The notes under the pieces are model-generated. The model was not told the origin of the DNA. It worked only from the letters and a program-made list of their open reading frames with translations, and made no database searches. Shown here piece by piece: positions 1 to 9,912 of a stretch of 64,000 bases of DNA (within the stretch, counting starts at the first letter, position 1; every line of letters begins with the position of its first letter). Origin of the DNA: an uncultured delta proteobacterium (GTDB lineage: Bacteria > Myxococcota_A > Polyangia > Haliangiales > Haliangiaceae); contig CAVUQH010000004.1 in assembly GCA_963743525.1 (NCBI GenBank), positions 512,001-576,000 of the forward strand, given 5' to 3'. Made by a program: the position numbers and the translations under genes.

Positions 1-1372
1 CGCCGGTGCGCGCGGTGCCCAGGGAGAAGACGCCGCGGCTGAGGCCGTGTTCGGTATCGAGCCGAAGCCCGACGTCGGCGACGGTCGCCGGCTCCACGCG
101 GCCGCTGACGAAGTAGCCGCGGCGCAGTTTGATCACGGCGTCGGTGATGTCGGTGCCGCCGACCGTCACCCGCGTCGGCAACCCGGCCGGCAGATAGGTG
201 TCGCTGTCCGTCTCCAGGCTGTAGCCGCCGGGAGCCAGGCCTTCGACGACGAAGGTGCCGTCGGCGCCGGTCGCGGCGGTCGCCGGTACCGAGCTGTCGG
301 CGCTGCGGGCAACCACCTTCACGCCCGACACCGGCTGGTTGGTGGCGACGTCGACCACGTGCCCGCGCACGGTGCGCGCGCTGTCGACCACCAGCTCGAC
401 GCCGGACACCTGCTCGCCGATGGCCAGGCGCACCACGGTGTCGCCCGAGGTCGCGCCGCCGCCACCGCGGGCGGTCAGACGCAGGGCGCCGGAGTCGAGC
501 CCGCCGATGCGGAAGCGGCCGTCGGCGTCGGCCACTGTCGCGCCGCGCCGGCCGGCGCCGCTGATCGCCCCGACGCCGGGGATGGTGGTGACGGTCTCGC
601 GCACGTAGGCGACGGTGGCGAACGGCACCGGGGTGCCGTCGGCGGCGCGGACCACCTGCCCTTCGACGACACCGCCCGGGGCCAGAGAGAAGTCGACCTG
701 GCGGGCGCCGCCGCGAAGCTCGACCCGGCGGCGCTGCGAGACGTAGTCGGGATGGGTCACGGCGGCCCGGTAGAGGCCGTCGGGCACGCCCAGCGAGAAG
801 GTGCCGTCGTCGCCGGTCAGCGCGGCAAAGCCGTCGGCGGCGCGAACACCGAGCACACCGTGGATCGGCACGAAGCGAACGACGGCGCCGGCAACCGGCC
901 CACCGCTGACGTCGGAGACGGTTCCGGTGACGGCGTTGGCGCCCGGCGCCAGCGTCAGCGTGACCTTGCTGCTGCCACCGGGATCGAGGTGGACGTGGGT
1001 GCCGACCGACGGCGCGTGCTCGGGCGCGCTCGCCGACACGACGTAGTCGCCGGCATCGATATCGGCCAGGGTGAAGCTGCCGTCGGCGCCCGCGCGCACG
1101 GCGTAGCCATCCTCGTTCTCTCCGGTGGTGGCATGGACCACGGCGCCCGCGATCGGCTGCTTGGAGCTGCCGTCGACGACCACGCCGGTCAGCGTCGCCG
1201 GCGCCGGCGGGCCGCCGCGAGTCTGTGCCGGCGCGGCCGCGCCCGCACTGGACGAGTCTCCCGTCTTCGCCTGTTCGCCGGAGTGACCTCCGTGCGAGCG
1301 CGACATCCACCAGTAGCCGAACAGGCCGGCGACGACCAACGCCAGCAACCCACCCACGATGCGCTTGTTCAA
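1..1372 (-). CDS. Carboxypeptidase-regulatory-like (transthyretin-fold) repeat protein with N-terminal membrane anchor; runs off the window start
   Basis: Not in the ORF track (no stop in window). Read by hand: TTG at 1372 with GAGGAG RBS gives MNKRIVGGLLALVVAGLFGYWW, then repeated units such as TLTGVVVDGSSKQPIAGAVV...ADGSFTLADIDAGDYVVSASA and VRGHVVDVATNQPVSGVKV...ADGTFVVEGLAPGGYSL. Confidence 0.8.
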   Translation of the reverse strand, partial: MNKRIVGGLLALVVAGLFGYWWMSRSHGGHSGEQAKTGDSSSAGAAAPAQTRGGPPAPATLTGVVVDGSSKQPIAGAVVHATTGENEDGYAVRAGADGSFTLADIDAGDYVVSASAPEHAPSVGTHVHLDPGGSSKVTLTLAPGANAVTGTVSDVSGGPVAGAVVRFVPIHGVLGVRAADGFAALTGDDGTFSLGVPDGLYRAAVTHPDYVSQRRRVELRGGARQVDFSLAPGGVVEGQVVRAADGTPVPFATVAYVRETVTTIPGVGAISGAGRRGATVADADGRFRIGGLDSGALRLTARGGGGATSGDTVVRLAIGEQVSGVELVVDSARTVRGHVVDVATNQPVSGVKVVARSADSSVPATAATGADGTFVVEGLAPGGYSLETDSDTYLPAGLPTRVTVGGTDITDAVIKLRRGYFVSGRVEPATVADVGLRLDTEHGLSRGVFSLGTARTG

Positions 1373-1553
1373 TTGATGCTCCTCACCCAGGAATCGGGAC
1401 CAATACCAGACTCCGAGCGGTGCCTATTCCCGGGCTGCAGCCACGCGGCGAACGGCGCGCCAGCGCGTTTTCCGCGCCTTCGAAATAGCTTTCGTACGGT
1501 AGTCGAAACTCACCAGGTTGTAAATAGACCCGCAACGACCGCAGCATGGCGCC

Positions 1554-2825
1554 ATGACGATTCACGTCGGCATCGACTTCGGCACCACCAACAGCGCGCT
1601 GGCCGTGGCCGAGGGGAACGCCCCGCCGCGGCTGGTTGCGCTGCCAGAACCGGGCGGCAGGAGCGCGAGCGACACCTGGCGGACGGTGCTGTTCTTCGAG
1701 CCGCACCCGGTCACCGGCCGGCCCGTGGCAACTGCCGGAGCTCCGGCGATTGGCCGCTACCTGGAGCTGGAGGGCGACGGCCGCCTGGTCCAGTCGATCA
1801 AGTCGCACCTGGCCAGCAACCTGTTCACCCGCACGCAGATCAACGGCCGCACTTTCACCCTGCCGGCGCTGGTAGGCACGTTCCTGCGCGCGCTCCGCGA
1901 TGCCGCGCCGATGGACCTGGGCCGGCGCGCGGTGGTCGGCCGCCCGGTCAGATACTGGGGCGCAGAGAGCGAGGCCGACGACGCGCGGGCAATCGAGCGA
2001 ATGCGCGAAGCGCTGGCGCTGGCCGGCTTCGACGACGTCGTGTTCGAGCTCGAGCCGATCGCCGCCGCCGGCAGCTACGCCGCGCGGCTGCCCAGCGACG
2101 AGCTGGTGATGGTCGCCGACCTCGGTGGCGGCACCGCCGACTTCTCGCTGGTCCGCGTCGGTCCCGGCTCGCCGGGCGGCGAGGTGCTGGGCACAGGCGG
2201 CATCGGCGTCAGCGGCGACGCCTTCGACGCGCGCGTGGTCGATCGGGTGCTGGCGCCGGCGCTGGGCAAGGACAGCCGTTACCGCGACGAGCTGGGCATG
2301 GAGGCGCCAGTGCCGGCCTGGCTGTACACCCGCCTGCGGCGCTGGCACCACCTGTCGTTCCTCAAGGAGCCAAAGACGATGGCGCTGCTCGAGCGGCTGC
2401 GCACCGGGGCGATCGAGCCGGACAAGATCGAGCGCCTGGTGTCGGTGATCGACGGTGACCTGGGGCTGCCGCTGCACCGGTCGATCGAACAGGCCAAGGT
2501 CGAGCTGTCGAAGGCCGAGCAGGCGGTGTTCGGCTTCGACCAGGGCGACGTGACGCTGCGCCACGCACTGTCGAGAGAGGCATTCGAGGACTGGATCGTC
2601 GACGACCTGGCGGCGATCGACGGCGTCGTCGGCGACCTCCTGGTGAGCGCCGGCGTGGACGCGCAACAGGTCGATCGCGTCTTCGCCACCGGCGGAAGCT
2701 CCCTGGTGCCGGCGGTGCGTGGCATGCTGGCGAAACGGTTTGGCGCCGGCAAGCTGATCGGCGGCGAGGAGCTGACGTCGGTCGCCTGGGGCCTGGCCGC
2801 CCGGGCGAGAGAGCGTTTCAGCTAG
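1554..2825 (+). CDS. Hsp70-family protein (YegD-like, ATPase domain only)
   Basis: GIDFGTTNS, FELEPIAAA, DLGGGTAD, TGGSS actin-fold motifs; 423 aa with no substrate-binding domain. Confidence 0.9.
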   Translation: MTIHVGIDFGTTNSALAVAEGNAPPRLVALPEPGGRSASDTWRTVLFFEPHPVTGRPVATAGAPAIGRYLELEGDGRLVQSIKSHLASNLFTRTQINGRTFTLPALVGTFLRALRDAAPMDLGRRAVVGRPVRYWGAESEADDARAIERMREALALAGFDDVVFELEPIAAAGSYAARLPSDELVMVADLGGGTADFSLVRVGPGSPGGEVLGTGGIGVSGDAFDARVVDRVLAPALGKDSRYRDELGMEAPVPAWLYTRLRRWHHLSFLKEPKTMALLERLRTGAIEPDKIERLVSVIDGDLGLPLHRSIEQAKVELSKAEQAVFGFDQGDVTLRHALSREAFEDWIVDDLAAIDGVVGDLLVSAGVDAQQVDRVFATGGSSLVPAVRGMLAKRFGAGKLIGGEELTSVAWGLAARARERFS

Positions 2826-2883
2826 GCGGTCACTGGTGCAGATGCCCTGCCCGATCGCCGGCAGGCCGCGCTAGAATGGCGTC

Positions 2884-3291
2884 ATGCGCACCGGGATCCC
2901 GGCCTACGCGGCCGCACTGCTGTTGGTCGTGGTTGCCGGCGGGGCCGGCTGCAAGAACAAGATCGACGCCAAGCTGAAGCTCGACGACGGAAACTTCTAT
3001 CCCGACTCGTGCCGCTCGGGACAGGCGCTGGGATTCCAGGGCGTCCAGCTGACCGACGTCACCGGCAACCGCCTGCGCCTGGTCATCACCCCGGCGGGCA
3101 CCTCGGAGGTGTTCTACTTCGCCAAGGGCGCCGAGACCGGCGACGAGGTCGGCCCATGCGGCCCGCTCACGGTGACGCGGCAGAACAGCACCATCAACGA
3201 CGTCACCAACGTCGAGGGTCACGCGACGCTGAAGTGTGAAGGTGGCGGGCACAAGCTCGCGGGCACCGTCACCTTCAGCAACTGCCACTAG
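2884..3291 (+). CDS. Small hypothetical lipoprotein
   Basis: Hydrophobic signal ending GAGC; GC-rich codon usage; TAGAAT box 6 nt upstream. Confidence 0.75.
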   Translation: MRTGIPAYAAALLLVVVAGGAGCKNKIDAKLKLDDGNFYPDSCRSGQALGFQGVQLTDVTGNRLRLVITPAGTSEVFYFAKGAETGDEVGPCGPLTVTRQNSTINDVTNVEGHATLKCEGGGHKLAGTVTFSNCH

Positions 3292-5150
3292 AAGGCGATG
3301 TCGCCCGACTCGATGCGGGCGTAGATGTCGGCCTCCATCGGCTGGTAGTGACTGCTCTTGGGCAGGAGCACGTACAGCGGCTCGTGCACCTTGCTCGGGT
3401 CGAAGCCCTCCTTCTTCAGGTCGCCCTTCATCTGTTTGAAGGTTCCGGTCGTGTCCAGGGCGGTGCGGAAGCGGAGGAACAGCGGCCAGGCGTACGGCGG
3501 CAGCTGCTCGCGGATCAGCGACAGCAGCGCGCCGAAGTCGAAGTCCCCGGGTGAAACCCGAGCGACCAGCGAGGCCATGCCGGCGCGGCCGTCGGCGCCG
3601 GGAATCTGCACGCCGTAGACGGTCGCCTCCTCGACCTGGTCGAGCTGACTGAGGACCTCGGCCACCTCCATGGTCAACACGTTCTCGGCCTTCCAGCGGA
3701 AGGTGTCACCGACGCGATCGACGAACTGCGCGTGGCGGAAGCCCTGGTCGCGCAGGAGATCGCCGGAGTTGAACCAGACGTCGCCCTTCTTGAACACGTC
3801 GCGGAGCAGCTTCTTTTCGCTGGCCGCCTTGTCGGTGTAGCCGTCGAACGCGTACTTCTCGCTGACCTCGGCAATGAGCAAGCCGGTCTCGCCGCGGCCC
3901 ACCCGCTGAAGGAAGCCGCTGGCGTCGCGCACCGGCTCGTCGATGTCGATGTCGTACTTGACCAGGGCGTACGGCGCCGGGCAGAAGCCGATGGTGCAGT
4001 CGAAGTTGAAGACGTTGACGAAGGCGATGTTGCCCTCGGAGGCGGCGTAGAACTCGTACACCTCCTCGATGCCGAAGCGCTCCTTGAACGGCACCCAGAT
4101 GTCGGGGCGCAGGCCGTTGCCGATCATCTTCTGCACCGGGTTGCTGCGATCGTCCGGGCGTGTCGGCTGGTTCATCAGGTAGCGACACAGCTCGCCGATG
4201 TAGCAGAAGGCGCGCGCGTTGTAGCGGCGCACGTCGTCCCAGAACTGACTGGCGCTGAACTTGCGCCGGATGGCGATGCCGGCGCCGTTGGCCGCGGCCG
4301 AGCTCCAGGTCACGGTGAGCGCGTTGTTGTGATAGAAGGGCAGCGGCACGTAGATGATGTCGCCCGGGTCGAGGTCGAGTGCCAGCTTGCCGAAGGCGCC
4401 GCTGGCCTTGACCCAGCGGAAGTGGGTCATCACCGACGCCTTGGGCAGGCCGGTCGTGCCCGAGGTATAGATGTAGAAGCACGGGTCGCCCAGGCGCACG
4501 TCGAGGGGCGGACGACCGGGGGACGCCTCGGCCACCGCCTTGTCGGCGTCCACGGCGTTGTCGGGACAGTTGCGCGCGCCGTCGTCGGGGACGAACACCG
4601 CCGGCCGCGGGCTGCCGTTGGCCAGCTCGCTGCGCACCTCGGCAAAGGCGTCCCACAGCTCTTCGCCGACCACGAACATCTTGGCGTTGCACAGGCCGAG
4701 GCTGTGCACCAATACGTGCTTGCGCTGGCGGGTGTTGATCAGTCCGGCGATGGCGCCCAGCTTGACCGCACCGGCGACGGCGAACATCAACTCGGGCCGG
4801 TTCTCGCAGAAGATCGCGACGGCGTCGCCCTTGCCCACGCCGTTGGCGGCGTAGACGTTGGCCCAGCGGTTGGCCAGCTCGTCGAACTCGCGGTTGCTGA
4901 TGCGCCGATCGTCGAACAGGATCGCCGGGTCGTTGGGCCGCTCGCGCGCGTTGCGCTCGAGGAAGGTGCCGATCGACAGCACCTCGTCCTTGTCGTTCTT
5001 GCCGATGACCTTCAGCCCTTCGCGAATGTCCGGCAGCTTCTTCAAGATGTAGCGGGCACGGGGGACGATTTCGTCCCGATGCCGCGCCAGCATGCGCAAG
5101 GTGTCGAGGGTCCCGGAGGCGAGGTTCGTCAGGTCAATCGAAGGCGGCAT
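3288..5150 (-). CDS. Long-chain acyl-CoA synthetase (FATP/FadD6-like)
   Basis: YIYTSGTTGLPK AMP-binding motif, FCYIGELCRYL, GNGLRPDIW, FYAASEGN, DRVGDTFRWK. Start taken at MPPSIDL (ATG 5150), 7 nt after TAGCAT. Confidence 0.92.
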   Translation of the reverse strand: MPPSIDLTNLASGTLDTLRMLARHRDEIVPRARYILKKLPDIREGLKVIGKNDKDEVLSIGTFLERNARERPNDPAILFDDRRISNREFDELANRWANVYAANGVGKGDAVAIFCENRPELMFAVAGAVKLGAIAGLINTRQRKHVLVHSLGLCNAKMFVVGEELWDAFAEVRSELANGSPRPAVFVPDDGARNCPDNAVDADKAVAEASPGRPPLDVRLGDPCFYIYTSGTTGLPKASVMTHFRWVKASGAFGKLALDLDPGDIIYVPLPFYHNNALTVTWSSAAANGAGIAIRRKFSASQFWDDVRRYNARAFCYIGELCRYLMNQPTRPDDRSNPVQKMIGNGLRPDIWVPFKERFGIEEVYEFYAASEGNIAFVNVFNFDCTIGFCPAPYALVKYDIDIDEPVRDASGFLQRVGRGETGLLIAEVSEKYAFDGYTDKAASEKKLLRDVFKKGDVWFNSGDLLRDQGFRHAQFVDRVGDTFRWKAENVLTMEVAEVLSQLDQVEEATVYGVQIPGADGRAGMASLVARVSPGDFDFGALLSLIREQLPPYAWPLFLRFRTALDTTGTFKQMKGDLKKEGFDPSKVHEPLYVLLPKSSHYQPMEADIYARIESGDIAF

Positions 5151-5168
5151 GATGCCGATGCTAGTAAA

Positions 5169-5213
5169 GAACCCGGGTTCGCGCGCGCCGTGTCTCCGAA
5201 AATCGGAGACACG
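5169..5213. promoter_or_regulatory. Two perfect palindromes in a divergent promoter region (candidate operators)
   Basis: GAACCCGGGTTC at 5169-5180 and CGTGTCTCCGA-AAA-TCGGAGACACG at 5189-5213, just upstream of the acyl-CoA synthetase -10 box. Confidence 0.55.
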
Positions 5214-5323
5214 ACATGCACGCACATCGTGGTAAACGGGATCCGAATACGCACCTCCGGGTTCGGCCTGAACGATTTCCCCGCCGGCAGCCGAACCCTC
5301 CTCAGCCCCCGAGGAGGTCCCCC

Positions 5324-5953
5324 ATGTCCCCCACTCTCGTCCGCCGCATCCCCGCGGCACTCCTTGTCATCGCACTCGTTTCGGCGGTTTCCGCCGCGCG
5401 CGCCGAGACCGCCACCGGCGGCGACCTGGCCGCCGCGGCCCGCGCGTTCGAGCAGGCGCAAGCCGCGCTGCTGGCCAACAATCCGGCTCGCGCCGCGACG
5501 CTGTTCGAGCTGGCCGACCACATCCAGCCATCGCCCGAGGCCCTGCGCAGCGCCGCCCGCGCGCGCATGGCGGCGGGTCAACCGGCCATCGCCGCGACCC
5601 ACGCCGAGAGCATGCTGTCGCGCTACGCCGGCGACGCCGCCAGCCACCAGCTGGCCGTCCGGATCCTGAAGACGACCCGGCGCGCGCTGACCCGGGTGAC
5701 GGCGACCTGTCGGGAGCGCTGCTCGCTGACCGTCGACGGCCAGGCCATCGGCACCGCCGAGGCGCGCCAACACATCTTCTACGTGACGCCGGGCGAGCAT
5801 CACTACCGGGCTCGCTTCGCCTCGGGTACGACCGTCACCGAGACGTTCGAGCGCTGGGCCGGCGGCTGGCTGGCGCCGTACTTCCACCCCGAGGCCGAGC
5901 CGCAGGTGAGCGCGCCGACGCGGTGCACGGCGTACATGGAGGTGCTGCGATGA
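5324..5953 (+). CDS. Secreted TPR-like plus PEGA-like domain protein
   Basis: GAGGAGG RBS before ATG 5324; signal peptide; helical AAARAFEQAQAAL...AATLFELADHIQPSP segment, then LTVDGQAIG...YVTPGEHHY (PEGA-like); overlaps the kinase start (ATGA). Confidence 0.7.
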   Translation: MSPTLVRRIPAALLVIALVSAVSAARAETATGGDLAAAARAFEQAQAALLANNPARAATLFELADHIQPSPEALRSAARARMAAGQPAIAATHAESMLSRYAGDAASHQLAVRILKTTRRALTRVTATCRERCSLTVDGQAIGTAEARQHIFYVTPGEHHYRARFASGTTVTETFERWAGGWLAPYFHPEAEPQVSAPTRCTAYMEVLR

Positions 5954-7503
5954 TGCGCGCGTCGACCCAGGTGCCGACGCCGCTGATCGATCCGATGCCT
6001 CCGGCACCGGAGGAGAATCGCATCGGCCCTTACGAGCTGGTCGGCATGCTCGCCCGCGGCGGCATGGGCACGGTCTACCTGTGCCGCAAGAACGGCCTGG
6101 CCGGGTTCGAGCGGCTGTCGGCGCTCAAGCTGATGCACGCGCATCTGTCCGACGAGACCGGCTTCCTGACCATGTTCCTCGACGAGGCGCGTATCGCCGC
6201 GCGCATCCACCACGCCAACGTCGTCAGCGTGCTCGACCTGGACGTGTCGCCGCGCGGCCACTACGTGGTGATGGAGTACGTCGAGGGGGCGACGCTCGCC
6301 CAGCTGCTGTCGCGCACGCCCAACCAGCGGTCGGCGCGCATCCTGGCGCCGGTCATCATCGATCTGCTGGCCGGGCTGCAGGCCGCCCACGAGCTGCGCG
6401 ACGAACGCGGCCAGCTGCTCGAGCTGGTCCACCGCGACGTGTCACCGACCAACGTGTTGATCGGCGTCGACGGCGTCGCCCGCATCACCGACTTCGGCAT
6501 CGCCAAGGCGCGCGCGCGCATCACCAGCACCCAGCCGGACGTGCGCAAGGCGACGCTGTCGTACGCGGCGCCCGAGCAGATGCGCGCGACCTCCAGTGTC
6601 GATGCACGCACCGACATCTTCGCCACCGGCGTGGTGCTGTGGAACGCGCTCACCGGGCTGTCGTTGTTCCGCGGCGCCACCGACGCCGAGACGGTGCACA
6701 ACATCATGAACCGCAAGATCCCGGCGCCGAGCACCGTCGGGTTGCGGCCCCCGCCCTGCTTCGACGAGATCTGCTTGCGCGCCCTCGAGCGCGATCCGGA
6801 CCGGCGCTTCCAGAGTGCCGCCGAGATGGGCGAGGCGCTGCGCCTGGCAGCGAGCCGTTCCGGCCTGCTGGGTACTCCATCCGAGGTCGGCCGGATGATC
6901 GCGCGCTGCTTCGCGCTCGAGCTGGCGGCCCGGCGCAAGGCGCTGCGCGAAGCGGCACGGCCGATCATCTTGCCGGCGCCTCCCATGGTGCCGGCGTTCC
7001 TCACGCCGCCGCCCATCGACAGGCCTCGCGCCCGGACCACCCCGCCGCCACCGCCCCGGCCGCGGGCGACGACCGTTCCCCCGCCGCTTCCGGCGCGTGC
7101 TCGCGCGCTGCCGCCGCCGCCGGCGCGACGGCGCTTGCCGCGCCTGGGCCAGGTGGTGGCGGCGACGGTGCTCGGCGCCGGACTCGGGGTCGCGGCGGTG
7201 TTCGTGCCACGGGCGCTGGACCGCGCCGGCGCGACCTCGGTGGCCGCCGAGCCGGTGGTCGACGTACCGGCGGCGACCGTCGAGGTGGAGCCGACAGCTG
7301 CGCCAGCCCCGAAGGTGGCATCGCGCCTGGCCGCCGATCCGGCCCCCGAGGTGGTGATGGACGCCGAGCCGAAGCCAGCGGCCCGGGCCGAGGCCAAGCC
7401 TCAGTCGGCTACCGCGAAGAAGAAGAAGAAGAAGACCACCCGGCGCAGGCACAAGGCGCGACGCTCCGCGCCGGTGCTCGAGAGCAATCCCTACCTGCGC
7501 TGA
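5950..7503 (+). CDS. Membrane Ser/Thr protein kinase (Hanks type)
   Basis: [36 protein letters not shown]; Pro-rich linker, one TM segment, polybasic tail. Confidence 0.93.
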   Translation: MMRASTQVPTPLIDPMPPAPEENRIGPYELVGMLARGGMGTVYLCRKNGLAGFERLSALKLMHAHLSDETGFLTMFLDEARIAARIHHANVVSVLDLDVSPRGHYVVMEYVEGATLAQLLSRTPNQRSARILAPVIIDLLAGLQAAHELRDERGQLLELVHRDVSPTNVLIGVDGVARITDFGIAKARARITSTQPDVRKATLSYAAPEQMRATSSVDARTDIFATGVVLWNALTGLSLFRGATDAETVHNIMNRKIPAPSTVGLRPPPCFDEICLRALERDPDRRFQSAAEMGEALRLAASRSGLLGTPSEVGRMIARCFALELAARRKALREAARPIILPAPPMVPAFLTPPPIDRPRARTTPPPPPRPRATTVPPPLPARARALPPPPARRRLPRLGQVVAATVLGAGLGVAAVFVPRALDRAGATSVAAEPVVDVPAATVEVEPTAAPAPKVASRLAADPAPEVVMDAEPKPAARAEAKPQSATAKKKKKKTTRRRHKARRSAPVLESNPYLR

Positions 7504-9357
7504 TCAGAGAATCAGCCTGACCCCGCCCAGGTGCTCGATGCGGTGGGGAAAGTGGTCGCCCGGCGTGCCGATGAACATGTAGTTCTTGGGCACGCGCAGC
7601 CGCCGCGACAACCGCTCGATCAGCTCGGGTCCGAACTCGCCCTTCACGGCGAGGAAGTCGATCTTCAGCTGCGGGTACATCCGGTTGACCATCTGCAGGT
7701 GCTCGGACAACTGCTTGGGGATGTCCTTTTCGTCCTCGAAGACGTGCACCACCTTCATCTGCTGGGTCTGCTCGTTCTTCAGCACGTACAGCGCCGCGCG
7801 GTTGAGCGTGGCCAGGTCGTCACCGCGGGTGAAGTAGACGGTGCTGCGGTCGGTGATCTGCCGCAGCTTGCCGATCACGCTGCGGCGGATCGCGTCGTTG
7901 ATCGACGTCACCCACTCGACCACGCCGCGCGACACGAACAACAGCAGGCGGAGGAGGTAGGTGCGCACGAACATCAGCATCACCGCGCCCGCGACGGCGC
8001 CGAAGAAGATGCCGAAGATGCGCAGATTCTCCAGGGTGATGTTGCCGACCAGCCCGGCCAGCACACCGATGAGCGCGACCACTACCGCCGGCCAGCCGGC
8101 GCGAATCTCGCGCGGCAGCCGACTGCGCACCACCTTGAGCAGCATGTTGCCGGTGGCGAACAGCGACATCACCGCCAGGAACGACAGCGTGTAAACGCCC
8201 GCCAGGATCTCCACGTCGCCCTGCGTGATGAACATGATCGACGTGCACAGGGCGAAGAACGACAGGATGATCCAGTGGTTGGTCTTGCGCCACTTGTTCT
8301 CGCGCAGGAGCAGCTGCGGCAGGCAGCGGTCCAGGCTCATCCGCCGGACCAGGCCGGTGACGCCGACGTACGAGGTGAGCACCGCACCCGACAGCACCAG
8401 CACCGCGTCGATGCTGACCCAGGTACCCAGCCACGGCCCACCCGACGTCCGACCCATGAGCGACAGCAGGTTGTCCTTGTTGGCGTGGAATTGGTCGAGC
8501 GGCACCATGCCCATCGACAGCAGGCTGATCAGCGGGTTGAACACCGCCACCGCGATCCACATGTTGCGCAGGGTCTTGGGGAAGACGCCCTTCTTCTGTT
8601 CCTCGATGAAGTTGGCCGAGCTCTCGAAGCCGGAAATGCCCAGCATCGCCGCGGCGAAGCCGAAGAACAGCGCGTGGATCATCCCGCCCGGCGGCGGCAC
8701 GTGCCAGTTGGCGGTGAAGGTCGATGGATCGCCGAGGATCGAGATGACCGACGCCACGCACAGCACCGTGAGCGTGGTGATGTGGAAGACGAAGATCGCC
8801 AGCGCGACGCCGGCCGACTCGCTGATACCGACCAGGTTGAGCAGCGCGAAGAAGCCGAGGAGACCGATAGTGGCGACGAAGACGTTGATCGAGATCAGGT
8901 CGGAGGCGTAGTGCATCCCCTCGCCCGCGCTGATGACCGCCGTCGCCAGGTACGACAGCAAGGTCAAGCAGGCGGCCCCGGCGGCCAGCTTCTTGTTGGT
9001 GCTGTTGAGCAGTAGCGTATAGGTGCCGCCGTTCAGCGGCAGAGCCGAGCCGACCTCGCCGTAGATCTTGCGGAACAGGAACAGCAGGCCGGCGACGATG
9101 ATCAGGGCCAGGGGCGCGTACGGCCCGGCGGCGATGCCGGCCAGCGCCGACACGTACAGACAGCTCGAGGTGATGTCGTTGCCGCAGATCGCGGTCGCCT
9201 TCCACGTCCCCAGCTGATGTTTCGCATGTCCGGTCAGCGAGGTGACCGGCACCGGGTCGTCTCCGAGGTCGTCGATCCGTTCGGATCGGCCCCAGCCGGG
9301 AAAGCTCCACTGTTCTTCCGGTGTCGCCGGAACGGTTTCGCTGCTGTTGTCCGCCAC
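7504..9357 (-). CDS. APC-family amino acid permease with cytoplasmic C-terminal domain
   Basis: ATAICGNDITSSCLY, LPLNGGTY, GISGFESSANF, about 12 TM segments. Start uncertain (GTG 9357 chosen). Confidence 0.88.
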   Translation of the reverse strand: MADNSSETVPATPEEQWSFPGWGRSERIDDLGDDPVPVTSLTGHAKHQLGTWKATAICGNDITSSCLYVSALAGIAAGPYAPLALIIVAGLLFLFRKIYGEVGSALPLNGGTYTLLLNSTNKKLAAGAACLTLLSYLATAVISAGEGMHYASDLISINVFVATIGLLGFFALLNLVGISESAGVALAIFVFHITTLTVLCVASVISILGDPSTFTANWHVPPPGGMIHALFFGFAAAMLGISGFESSANFIEEQKKGVFPKTLRNMWIAVAVFNPLISLLSMGMVPLDQFHANKDNLLSLMGRTSGGPWLGTWVSIDAVLVLSGAVLTSYVGVTGLVRRMSLDRCLPQLLLRENKWRKTNHWIILSFFALCTSIMFITQGDVEILAGVYTLSFLAVMSLFATGNMLLKVVRSRLPREIRAGWPAVVVALIGVLAGLVGNITLENLRIFGIFFGAVAGAVMLMFVRTYLLRLLLFVSRGVVEWVTSINDAIRRSVIGKLRQITDRSTVYFTRGDDLATLNRAALYVLKNEQTQQMKVVHVFEDEKDIPKQLSEHLQMVNRMYPQLKIDFLAVKGEFGPELIERLSRRLRVPKNYMFIGTPGDHFPHRIEHLGGVRLIL

Positions 9358-9411
9358 GAGACCGGCGACTGTATCATCCCCCTGGGGCCACGGAACGGTT
9401 ATGGTAGGCGT

Positions 9412-9834
9412 ATGAGCCCCTATCGGACTCCAGGCGACCCCGGTGCGCCCCGCGAGCGCGGCCCGGGCGGTACGCACGGTGGCGTCGGCGAATTCCTCAT
9501 CGGTCTGGCGATGCTCATCGCCGGCGTCTACCTGTTCCTCGACAGCGTGATGGTCACGTCCGATCTGTTCTCGCTGTTCGGATTCGGCCGCGGCTCGTTC
9601 GGCCTGTCGCTGATCCCGATCTTCGCCGGCGTCGCGTTCTTGTTCTTCGATGGCAAGAGCAAGATCGGCTGGCTGCTCACCGGCGGCGGATTGATCATCA
9701 TCGTCGTCGGCGTGCTCAGTCGCATGACGATCTACTTTCGCCAGCGCAGCTTGTTCGACACACTGCTCATGCTGGTGTTGGTCGCCGGCGGCATCGGTTT
9801 GATCGCGCGATCGCTTCGCCCGCACTCCGAGTAA
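9412..9834 (+). CDS. Small 4-TM hypothetical membrane protein
   Basis: GPGGTHGGVGEFLIGL followed by four hydrophobic segments; TATGGT 6 nt before ATG 9412. Confidence 0.8.
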   Translation: MSPYRTPGDPGAPRERGPGGTHGGVGEFLIGLAMLIAGVYLFLDSVMVTSDLFSLFGFGRGSFGLSLIPIFAGVAFLFFDGKSKIGWLLTGGGLIIIVVGVLSRMTIYFRQRSLFDTLLMLVLVAGGIGLIARSLRPHSE

Positions 9835-9892
9835 ATCCCCCTCATAGAAACCCGACGATCTCTTGACCGGGATCAACATCGGGCACCCGCCT

Positions 9893-9912
9893 ATGAACGA
9901 ACGTCCGTTCAT
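9893..9912. promoter_or_regulatory. TetR/PaaR-like operator upstream of the benzoyl-CoA operon
   Basis: ATGAACG-AACGTC-CGTTCAT inverted repeat containing AACG-NN-CGTT, touching the had start codon at 9911. Confidence 0.65.

Noticed and set aside
47..2458. 803-aa plus-strand ORF and similar long ORFs (3732..5669, 24881..28210, 34049..36193, 57387..60026, 61495..63282)
   Set aside because: Antisense or off-frame shadows of real genes. High GC suppresses stops, and the translations are Arg/Ala/Gly-rich without motifs.
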